DNA of 64,000 nt from Methanotrichaceae archaeon. GTDB taxonomy: Archaea; Halobacteriota; Methanosarcinia; Methanotrichales; Methanotrichaceae. Of the stretch, positions 1 to 8,180 are shown piece by piece. Under the pieces are notes generated by a model. That model did not search any database and was not told the origin of the DNA. It saw only the letters and a list, made by a program, of their open reading frames with translations. The position numbers were made by a program, and so were the translations under genes. The stretch spans positions 192,001-256,000 of the forward strand of contig CAVVKN010000023.1 of the NCBI GenBank assembly GCA_963748825.1, in the 5' to 3' direction. How positions within the stretch are numbered: position 1 is the stretch's first letter; each line of letters opens with the position of its first letter.

Positions 1-126
1 GAAAGACTCGCCCCCCTGGCAGAGGAGCTGGGGGCGGCAACCGCCAAAAATCTGCAGCAAGGGCTGGAAAAGGCTCAAAAAGGCAGCCCGAAAAGGCTGC
101 TTTCGTGTGTAAAATGCTTTAGGTGA
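1..126 (+). CDS. cfbE: 3' end of probable coenzyme F430 synthase CfbE (MurF-like ligase), partial
   Basis: Frame 1 is open from base 1 and ends ...KRLLSCVKCFR-TGA, 5 nt before cfbD. The C-terminal VKCFR and the adjacency fit CfbE. Confidence 0.65.
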   Translation, partial: ERLAPLAEELGAATAKNLQQGLEKAQKGSPKRLLSCVKCFR

Positions 127-131
127 TATGA

Positions 132-1238
132 ATGGCAAACGAAGTGCAAAACTTAACGATACTCCATCCCAGACCAAGCTCCATTGTGGCAGCCCTATAC
201 ACTCTGCGCGACCTTGGTGCCGAAGTAGTCATACTGCATGGTCCAAGCGGATGCTGCTTCAAGCATGCCCGTCTCTTAGAAGAGGACGGAGTGCGGGTAC
301 TTACTACCGCATTGGACGAAGCGGGATTCGTCTTCGGAGGCCAGCAGCCGCTCACCGCCCTTCTGAGGAAGGCCAATGAATTGTTTCATCCGAAGCTTAT
401 GGCGATCTCAGGGACCTGTAGCAGCATGATCATAGGCGACGATCTGCATCAGGCCGTCCTTAATGCCGACCTGGACATACCCGTCTTGGAGGTAGAGGTT
501 CACGCCGGCTACAGAGACAACACTAAAGGCGTGATCATCACATTGGAGGCTGCAAAAGACAAGGGAATCATAGACGAGGCCGAGCTGGAAAGGCAGAAGG
601 GCCTGCTCGAGAAAGCCACCCTTGTAGAGAAGCTCTACGGAGCAGCGAGCAGTGAGTACCTGGCTCCGGAGCGAGGAGATCTCAAATATGAGGCGGCCAC
701 CAGGCTTCTAGAGCTCATCCGGCAAGGTAAGCGCGGCCTGAATATCCTCAATGCCAAGAAGGAGACGGCCTACATGTTTGCGGATATTACCGCAGCCGTG
801 GCCGAGGTTGCTGGAGATCAGGTGGATACCCTGGCCAATCTGGATGACCAGGTGGGCCTGCCCAAGGTGAGAAGGGACGCAGCCAATATTGCCCGCGATC
901 TAATGGAACGGAAAGTAGAGTTCAAGCTCATCGGCGGACTGGACGAGTACCCGGTAACTGGAGATGCGGTGAAAAAGCTGGCCGCCGAAAAGCATTACGA
1001 CTTTGCCGTGATCTCAGGAGTGCCCCATGCCCTGCCGGTATCTGCTCTAGAAGGCATGGAGATATTCTCGATTACCAATGGCCCCCGCCAGGTCAAGCCT
1101 CTGCGCAATTTAGGCCACCAGCATGTCACGGTAGAGCTGGATCTGCATCCCAAGACCATGGGCGTCAAGTCTCTGGTAGAATCGGAGTTCGGAGCCACAT
1201 TGCGGGCGCTGAATAAGGCCAAAGCTAAAGAGAGCTAA
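132..1238 (+). CDS. cfbD: Ni-sirohydrochlorin a,c-diamide reductive cyclase catalytic subunit (NifD-like)
   Basis: [39 protein letters not shown] and VELDLHPKT motifs; 368 aa. Confidence 0.92.
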   Translation: MANEVQNLTILHPRPSSIVAALYTLRDLGAEVVILHGPSGCCFKHARLLEEDGVRVLTTALDEAGFVFGGQQPLTALLRKANELFHPKLMAISGTCSSMIIGDDLHQAVLNADLDIPVLEVEVHAGYRDNTKGVIITLEAAKDKGIIDEAELERQKGLLEKATLVEKLYGAASSEYLAPERGDLKYEAATRLLELIRQGKRGLNILNAKKETAYMFADITAAVAEVAGDQVDTLANLDDQVGLPKVRRDAANIARDLMERKVEFKLIGGLDEYPVTGDAVKKLAAEKHYDFAVISGVPHALPVSALEGMEIFSITNGPRQVKPLRNLGHQHVTVELDLHPKTMGVKSLVESEFGATLRALNKAKAKES

Positions 1239-1290
1239 AGAAGATATGCCCGTCGTGTGCTCTAAGAGCTAAAAATTTTTAAAGTTTTTT

Positions 1291-1581
1291 TTAGAAGGCT
1301 TTGGGCAGCTCTGTGAGCAGCGCATATATGACGAAGCCCAAGGTACCAATGATGCCTATGCCGGCCATGGAAATCTTGGCGATCATATTGAACTCCTCAC
1401 GACTGGGCTTTCTGGCCAGCCTTAAAACCCGCATGTACTCGTTTACATTCGTGGAAGGCATGGTGACGCCCAGATCCACGTTATCTAGATTCAGCTTGCT
1501 CTTAAGATCCAGCTTATTCTTGAGTTCGAGCTTCTGCTTAGCAAAGCCCTTCTTCTCAGTATCGTTAGTTCCCTCGCTCAT
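1291..1581 (-). CDS. secE: Protein translocase subunit SecE / Sec61-gamma
   Basis: EYMRVLRLARKPSREEF followed by a single TM helix; probable ATG at 1581 (MSEGTND). Confidence 0.9.
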   Translation of the reverse strand: MSEGTNDTEKKGFAKQKLELKNKLDLKSKLNLDNVDLGVTMPSTNVNEYMRVLRLARKPSREEFNMIAKISMAGIGIIGTLGFVIYALLTELPKAF

Positions 1582-1745
1582 TCTCCAAGAGGAAGGAATT
1601 AGAGAATAAAAAACCTTTCGATCGTTTTCCTTGCCGATCAAGATAGAGCTGACTCGGACCGGCTACCATGCCCATGACCCTCGCTTGCACAAGTGTAATT
1701 GATATTTAGATGAGATTAACAACTACCGAATCCTGACGCTTGCGG

Positions 1746-2555
1746 TCATTGGCGGCATGCGGCCTCGCCTGCGCGTGGCTTTTCTGCCTCCACTTCCAGG
1801 CGCATCATCTGCACATGAGTCTGGCCTTTCTCATCCAGAGGATACCTCTCCAGATACCTTCCAGCTATCTCCTTTACGAACTTGTCCCGCAGATGGGCAG
1901 GCAGCCTTTCCGTGTAGGGCAACCAGGTATTCCTGATGATGCCCTCCAGGCCCGCCTGACCCTGATGGACCATGTCCTTAGAAACCAGCTCCGCCCTTAG
2001 GGGCCGCAGGCCCGCCTCTGCCAACCAGACCCTGTACTCTTCCGGACCATAGAAGTGGTAAGGAAAGGAAAAGCCGGAGAAGTACTCCTTCCACGACGGG
2101 CTGGCGACAAGATCGCCGGTAAGATCCAGGATCCGGGCAGCGTTTCCCCTACCACCACACTGCATGAGAAAGTGGCCGCCAGGCACAAGGCTTTGCCGGA
2201 CGGTTTTCAGGACAGACAAATGATCCTTTACCCAGTGCAGGCAGGCAAAGGACACGACCAGATCGAATTTCCCGGCAAATTTCAGGTCGGAGGCATCGCC
2301 TACCAGAAAGGAGAGATTGGGATGATCTCCATACTTGCCGGCTGCAAAGCGGATCATTTCCGGGGAGAGATCTATTCCCAGGACACTACCATTGGGCACC
2401 AGGCCGGCCAGGTGGGCAGTGATCCTGCCATCTCCGCACCCAATATCCAGGATTCGTTCATCGCCGTCAAGCTTCAGCCCGGCAATTAGAGCCATGGCCC
2501 AATTGTACTGGGCGGAGGAACTTTTCTGGTAATCGGCTGGGTCCCATTTGTGCAT
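1746..2555 (-). CDS. Class I SAM-dependent methyltransferase (trans-aconitate MT-like)
   Basis: WDPADY N-terminus, ILDIGCGDG motif I, FDLVVSFACLHWV. Confidence 0.85.
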   Translation of the reverse strand: MHKWDPADYQKSSSAQYNWAMALIAGLKLDGDERILDIGCGDGRITAHLAGLVPNGSVLGIDLSPEMIRFAAGKYGDHPNLSFLVGDASDLKFAGKFDLVVSFACLHWVKDHLSVLKTVRQSLVPGGHFLMQCGGRGNAARILDLTGDLVASPSWKEYFSGFSFPYHFYGPEEYRVWLAEAGLRPLRAELVSKDMVHQGQAGLEGIIRNTWLPYTERLPAHLRDKFVKEIAGRYLERYPLDEKGQTHVQMMRLEVEAEKPRAGEAACRQ

Positions 2556-2557
2556 TT

Positions 2558-2962
2558 TCAGGAACTCTCGTCATCGCCCTTAATCTGCACATGCGTCTCT
2601 TTCTTGCGGGTCAGGCCTTCCAGAAGCTTGGGCACGGCGTCTGCCATGTGCTCTATCAAAGTGTGTTGGGCCTCCTTGAGCCGCTCCACTCTCACGCCCT
2701 GTTGATCAATTATTATCACAGCAACGGGCTTCATGCCGAGTGCGCCGCCGCCACCTCCACCCGGATTATCCGCCTTTCCAGAGCTTGAACCTGCACCAAA
2801 GCCCATGCCCACGCTCATTAGGGGGATGATGGTCTTGCCCTCCACAGTAACAGGATCGCCCACGGCAGTCCTAGCGGATAAAGCCTTTTGCATCTCCTCG
2901 GTTATGGTTTTCAGTATGTCGGTCAACTCTTGCATCTTCTCACTCCCGGTCAATGATTTCAC
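2558..2962 (-). CDS. GerW/YtfJ family protein
   Basis: VGDPVTVEGKTIIPL..VGMGFGAG..GGGGGG..KPVAVIII signature. Confidence 0.8.
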   Translation of the reverse strand: MKSLTGSEKMQELTDILKTITEEMQKALSARTAVGDPVTVEGKTIIPLMSVGMGFGAGSSSGKADNPGGGGGGALGMKPVAVIIIDQQGVRVERLKEAQHTLIEHMADAVPKLLEGLTRKKETHVQIKGDDESS

Positions 2963-2969
2963 ACTCCTA

Positions 2970-3959
2970 TTAATAATGGTCAGGGATGGGTGAAAAAGCT
3001 TTCTTCTTCTCCTTGAACTTTATCAGCGCGGTGAGAAGGTCATTGTAGGGTGTAGAGATACCATAATCCCTGGCATACAGGGAGATGGCCCCGTTCAAAG
3101 CATCGATCTCCGTTTGCCGTCCCAAAAGAATATCCTGAAGCATGCTGGCGCGGTGATCCTCCGTTGGAGGAAGCTGCCCCTCCATTAGATAAAGATAGTA
3201 TTCATCTGCATCCTGATAAGGAACCTTTACCCCTTTGGCCCTCATCACATGAAAGATCTCCTCGATTATGACCTTTATAATGCCTCTCGTCTCCGCATTT
3301 TCCCCCAGCTTTCCGTAAGGCACCTCAAGCAATGCGCCCAGCGGGTTTAAGGAGCAATTGTAGAGCATCTTCTCCCAAATGGCCGCCCAGATATTATCCT
3401 TGCTCACAATTCTGGTGAGAATACCAGAGAGGCTCAGATCCACCTGTAACGTCTCTAAAAGCCGCCGGTTCACAGGCAGAAAGGGCTCGCCGAGCAGAAC
3501 ATCATCGGCTTTGACGGTGACCCTGGCGTGGCCTGGATCAGGAATCTCGGCTCCAAAGATGACGCGCGCTCCCACAGTGCGATCTTCTCCAACCTGACGA
3601 GCGATGGCCTCCCAGTTGTTCAGGCCATTTTGGATAGAGACCATGATGCCGCCCTCTTTGAGCAGCGGTGCAGCCTCCGCCGCAGCAGCCTCTGTGTCTT
3701 TTGATTTTACGCAGAGCAAGATTATGGAAAATTGCTTATTTAAAGCAGGAGTGGAAAGGATCTGCACATCTTCTGCCGGGACAAAGTGCTCTCCCCAGAT
3801 GCCCGTGATCGTCAATCCCTTCTCCGAAAAGACACGAAAATGCTCGCCTCTGCCGGCATAGGTCACACAGCGACCGATTTTATGCAGAAATGCGCCAAGT
3901 ACGCTGCCTATGGCTCCTGCACCGTAGATGAGATAGTCCGGGCTTATGCCTGGTTTCAT
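2970..3959 (-). CDS. panE: 2-dehydropantoate 2-reductase (ketopantoate reductase family)
   Basis: IYGAGAIG Rossmann motif, CVKSKD, SIQNGL, WEKMLYN, SMLQDI..GRQTEIDALNG. Confidence 0.88.
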   Translation of the reverse strand: MKPGISPDYLIYGAGAIGSVLGAFLHKIGRCVTYAGRGEHFRVFSEKGLTITGIWGEHFVPAEDVQILSTPALNKQFSIILLCVKSKDTEAAAAEAAPLLKEGGIMVSIQNGLNNWEAIARQVGEDRTVGARVIFGAEIPDPGHARVTVKADDVLLGEPFLPVNRRLLETLQVDLSLSGILTRIVSKDNIWAAIWEKMLYNCSLNPLGALLEVPYGKLGENAETRGIIKVIIEEIFHVMRAKGVKVPYQDADEYYLYLMEGQLPPTEDHRASMLQDILLGRQTEIDALNGAISLYARDYGISTPYNDLLTALIKFKEKKKAFSPIPDHY

Positions 3960-4073
3960 AATCGCGAGAAGGATTTAGTCCCTTAAGAGGGTTTCGAAAA
4001 GCGTAAATTTAAATATTTTTCGGGGGGATATTTCGGGGAGCTGGAAAGAAACCGGAAAGGCCGTTCTAACTTT

Positions 4074-4367
4074 ATGAGCGCGATATTTGGTGAGAAGCTG
4101 ACCTTCCCTCAAGAAAAGGGACATGAAGTCAAATTGGTAGTCTACGGTGACGAGTTCTATGCTCAATACGAGACGGAAGATGGCTACTCCGTGGTTTACG
4201 ACAAAGAGCAGGGCTTATTCTGTTACGCCTTTTTGAAGGATGGAGCCATTTTCTCCAGCAAAATTCCCATCAGCAAAAGTCCGCCCCAGGATCTGGAAAA
4301 GCATCTGCAAGAGACGGGCGACATTCGCCTGAACGAAGCAGATCAGAGCGCCAGGAGAAAAGGATAG
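4074..4367 (+). CDS. Small protein resembling the N-terminal pro-region of M6-family metalloproteases
   Basis: FPQ..G..V.LVVYGDEFYAQYETEDGYSVVYD...GLFCYA pattern; no HEXXH. Confidence 0.5.
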   Translation: MSAIFGEKLTFPQEKGHEVKLVVYGDEFYAQYETEDGYSVVYDKEQGLFCYAFLKDGAIFSSKIPISKSPPQDLEKHLQETGDIRLNEADQSARRKG

Positions 4368-4423
4368 CAGCTTTAGCAAGGCATTATCTAAATAGGATAA
4401 AATAGCCAATAGAGACGATTGCC

Positions 4424-5137
4424 ATGAAAATTCACTACCTTCAACATGTGCCCTTCGAAGATCTGGCCAATATCGAGACCTGGGCCAAGTCCCACGGCCA
4501 TGATCTCACCCGCACGCGGCTATTTTCGGATGAGGCGCTGCCGGAAATAGCCCATTTCGACTGGCTGATAATCATGGGTGGGCCCATGAATATCTACGAA
4601 AATGACAAATACCCCTGGCTAGCGAGGGAGAAGAAGTTCATCCGTCAAGCCATAGCATGCGACAAGATCGTTCTCGGCATCTGCCTGGGCGCTCAGCTTA
4701 TGGCCGATGTGCTGGGCGGCATTGTACGGAGAAACGAGTACAGGGAGATTGGCTGGTTTCCGGTTAACCTTACAAAAGAGGGAATTGCCTCCCCGATCTT
4801 CGCAGTCCTGCCTGAGAGATTTGTGGCCCTGCACTGGCATGGCGACACCTTCGAGATTCCTCCCGGCGCGGCGCGAACGGCAGAGAGCCGGGCCTGCATA
4901 AATCAGGCTTTTGTACAGGGAAAGGCAATAGGGCTACAGTTTCATCTGGAATCTTCCCATGACAGCATCGATCACCTGCTCCAGAACTGCGCCGACGAGC
5001 TGACAGAGGGGCCGTATGTGCAAAGGCCGGAAGAGTTGTCGGCTCATCCGGAGCAGTTTTCTCAGATTCAAGGCCTGATGGAGCTTTTCTTGGACAAAGT
5101 GGAGGAAGATCTGGGACCCACGCGGGATGCATCCTGA
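4424..5137 (+). CDS. Type 1 glutamine amidotransferase
   Basis: LQHVPFED, MGGPM, LGICLGAQL (Cys nucleophile), LQFHLE. Confidence 0.88.
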   Translation: MKIHYLQHVPFEDLANIETWAKSHGHDLTRTRLFSDEALPEIAHFDWLIIMGGPMNIYENDKYPWLAREKKFIRQAIACDKIVLGICLGAQLMADVLGGIVRRNEYREIGWFPVNLTKEGIASPIFAVLPERFVALHWHGDTFEIPPGAARTAESRACINQAFVQGKAIGLQFHLESSHDSIDHLLQNCADELTEGPYVQRPEELSAHPEQFSQIQGLMELFLDKVEEDLGPTRDAS

Positions 5138-5169
5138 TTTTAGAAATGCAATTTGGCGAATATAACGGG

Positions 5170-6930
5170 TCAGCTTTGTCCCACCCTCAATTTTTCAATA
5201 TCCTTTTGCATATCAGAACTCATTTTGGCGTTATCGAGTTTTGAACTCGCAATCATGGGGAGGATCAGGTTATCGTACTTTATCCCCACGAGATTAGCTC
5301 CACTCAGATCAACATTCACGAGTGCCGTCCTACTTAACTCAACATTCCTCAGATCTGCATAGGAAAGGTTTACATTTTCCAAGAGAGACGCATCAATTTT
5401 GGCATTTCTGAGGTCTGCGCCCTGAAGATCAACGTCGTTAAGTATCATCCAATTCAAGCTTGCTGATCTCAACACAGCACTACGCATAACGGTTCCCCTC
5501 AAGTTCATGGATTCCAGCTTACAGCCAGCCAGGTCAGTTCCGGATAAGTTAGCCTCATCCAGATCAGCCTTAATGATTTGGACACCACCAAGATCAGCCC
5601 CGGACATATCTGTACCGGAAAGATCTGCATTGTCCAATTTTGTGTTTCTAAGATTAGATCCATGCAGATTGGCCCTTGGCAAATATGCCCTAGTTAAGTC
5701 AGAATTGCTGAGATCAGAGTGGCTCAGGTTGGCTCCAAACAGCTCTGCTCTGGAGAATTGGCAACGCATAAGAGCGCTTCCACTAAGATCCGCCCAATTT
5801 AATCTGGCACCTACCATATTTGCTCCGCTCAGATCCGCACCTTTCAGGACGGCAAGGCTCAGATCCGCACCAAAGATCCTGGCTCCAATCAGATTGGCAC
5901 CAGTCATATTGGTTCCACTGAGCAAGGCACTGGTGAGATCTGCCTGTTCAAGATCGCAGTTAGATAGATCAGAATAGTCCAACTGCGCTCTGGCTAAAAT
6001 TGCGCCCATTAGCTTGGCTTCAACAAGTCTAACTCTACGCATTAAGGCATTTTCGAGGTTCGCTCCGGTTAGATTAGCTTGGAAAAGATCGGAGTCATCC
6101 AGACACGAAGCCATGAGATATGATCCGGATAGGTTCGCCATGCTCAGGTTTACACTGGTTAGATTGGCAAAACCCAATTTTGATTTGACCAGCCGGGAGC
6201 CAGAGAAATTTGCTCTCGAACAGCGCGACTCCGAGATATCCGCCCCGGAGAGGTCTGCATTGGATATTGTGGCATTAATCAGGTTCACCCCGACCAGACT
6301 TGCTCCGGTCAGATTAGCACCATTCAACAGAGAATTCTGGAATGTGGAACGATCCATGAGTGCTCTTGTGAAGCAGGCTTCTTTCAGGTTAGTATCGCTC
6401 ATTTTCGCTGCCCATAAGCTGGCTTCATTCAATTTAGTACCGACCAGAGTTGAATTATCCAAAAAAGACTGATCCATATTGGTATTGGATAGGTCTGCGC
6501 CATTCAGATTTGAGCCCATTAAGTAGCTGATCGGCAAGTAGGCCCCGGTTAGATTCGCTTTGCTCAGATTTGAGCCCAACAAATTGCAGGCCGGCATGAA
6601 GGCGCCCCGGAGATCTGCCAGGTAGAGATCGGAACCATGAAGGTCTGCTTCTACCATAATTACTCCGCGAAGATTTGCTCCTGCAAGCTTGGCATCGGAG
6701 AGACTGGATTGGCTCAAATAAGATAGACTAAGGTTTGTCCCGCGAAGATCTGATCCTTGCAGCTCAGAATAATTCAGTTGGGCCCCAGACAAGTTCATGC
6801 CGCTCAGGTTCATGTCGATGAGCAGGGCATGATCTTTGAAAGGAGTTTCATCGACTGCGTATGAAATAATAGATAGAAGAACGAAAAGCAAATACACCCA
6901 TGAAACCAATCTTATCACAGAAACATTCAT
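5170..6930 (-). CDS. Exported/membrane-anchored pentapeptide-repeat protein
   Basis: N-terminal hydrophobic segment, then roughly 500 aa of A(D/N)LxX repeats; probable start MNVSVIRL. Confidence 0.85.
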   Translation of the reverse strand: MNVSVIRLVSWVYLLFVLLSIISYAVDETPFKDHALLIDMNLSGMNLSGAQLNYSELQGSDLRGTNLSLSYLSQSSLSDAKLAGANLRGVIMVEADLHGSDLYLADLRGAFMPACNLLGSNLSKANLTGAYLPISYLMGSNLNGADLSNTNMDQSFLDNSTLVGTKLNEASLWAAKMSDTNLKEACFTRALMDRSTFQNSLLNGANLTGASLVGVNLINATISNADLSGADISESRCSRANFSGSRLVKSKLGFANLTSVNLSMANLSGSYLMASCLDDSDLFQANLTGANLENALMRRVRLVEAKLMGAILARAQLDYSDLSNCDLEQADLTSALLSGTNMTGANLIGARIFGADLSLAVLKGADLSGANMVGARLNWADLSGSALMRCQFSRAELFGANLSHSDLSNSDLTRAYLPRANLHGSNLRNTKLDNADLSGTDMSGADLGGVQIIKADLDEANLSGTDLAGCKLESMNLRGTVMRSAVLRSASLNWMILNDVDLQGADLRNAKIDASLLENVNLSYADLRNVELSRTALVNVDLSGANLVGIKYDNLILPMIASSKLDNAKMSSDMQKDIEKLRVGQS

Positions 6931-7033
6931 AATAATACAATCTGCACTAATACTATTAATTTTAATCGGGAGTGAACTCCACCCGAGTAGATGATGAGAT
7001 AAGCCACACAATCAAGGGAAAAAAAGAAAGCGC

Positions 7034-8095
7034 CTATGATTTTGGCAGCTCACCCACAACATTGGGCTCGAGATAATACATCGTTTTCAGCTCTTCATCG
7101 CGAATATCCGGGAATATTGCCAGTTTTTTCTGCACAATCTCCTTTTGCTTCTTATCCACAAGAGATCTGACATTGCCCGGAACCAGATTACCGAAAGGTG
7201 CCAGCTTTACTCCACCTTCTGCCAGTCCGTACCACCATTCCTGCCCGGAATGAGAATTCCAGGTCCCATTATGCACGGATTCTACAATATCGGTCATAAT
7301 AGGTTCCCAGTTCCAAACAGCGCCCGTGAGATATACACGAGGGGAGAACCTGCCGACATCTGAGCCGAAAGATATGAAGTAGATATTCATCTCATCAGCA
7401 GTTTGGCCGGTAGCATCTGAATCGGACCAATGGGTTATGATATCACATCCTTTGCTGATGAGTGATAATGCCACTGCCCGCTCTTTTCCTGGGTCGTACC
7501 AGTCTCCGATCCACTCTACGTACACCTTAGCGCGAGGATTGGAAGATGCGACTCCCTTGGCAAAGGCATTGATGCCGATAATTACCTGGGATGTGGGAAG
7601 GGCGGCAACAAACGCAATCTTTTCCGTCTTGGTCATATTGCCCGCCACTATTCCGGCAAGATACTGAGCCTCATAAATCCTCTCGTAATAAACTCCGGCA
7701 TTGGGAGCCAGCTTTTCCGTCCCGCCGCCCCACATGAAAATGACATCCGGATATTCAGGAGCTACTTCTTTGATGGCATCTATGAAGTTGTAGCTGTGAC
7801 AGAATATCAGCTTGGCTCCATTTTTGGCGTATTCTCTCAAAATTTGGGATGCACCAGGACCTGCAGCATTCTCTCTCTCGGAGAGGTTAACAAAAGATAG
7901 CTTCTGGGCCATTTTGGATGCGCCCGCATGGGCCTCGTACGTCCAGCCATGGTCCCCAACCGGACCAAAATCAAGCAAAGTCACATTTAGATCCAGCTCA
8001 GATTTTCCCGATTCATTAACGGCTGCTGCGCTGCCTGCTACAGCCAAGCCAACCAGGAGAAGAGCACAAAGAATTACAATCGACACGCATTTCAA
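7034..8095 (-). CDS. BMP-family ABC transporter substrate-binding protein
   Basis: Signal peptide; GPVGDHGWTYEAH, YEAQYLAGIVAG, INAFAKG, WYDPGKE, WWYGLAEG. Confidence 0.88.
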   Translation of the reverse strand: MKCVSIVILCALLLVGLAVAGSAAAVNESGKSELDLNVTLLDFGPVGDHGWTYEAHAGASKMAQKLSFVNLSERENAAGPGASQILREYAKNGAKLIFCHSYNFIDAIKEVAPEYPDVIFMWGGGTEKLAPNAGVYYERIYEAQYLAGIVAGNMTKTEKIAFVAALPTSQVIIGINAFAKGVASSNPRAKVYVEWIGDWYDPGKERAVALSLISKGCDIITHWSDSDATGQTADEMNIYFISFGSDVGRFSPRVYLTGAVWNWEPIMTDIVESVHNGTWNSHSGQEWWYGLAEGGVKLAPFGNLVPGNVRSLVDKKQKEIVQKKLAIFPDIRDEELKTMYYLEPNVVGELPKS

Positions 8096-8180
8096 TCAGA
8101 CCAGCTCCATTCAACTTCACACCTGTGTATAATTGATTCTCCTAAGAAAATGATAAAGGTTATTATCAAAAAATTGCTGG

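Noticed and set aside
2558-2962. 'Sporulation' gene GerW/YtfJ in an archaeon
   Set aside because: The family is widespread in non-sporulating prokaryotes, including methanogens, so it is not evidence of sporulation.
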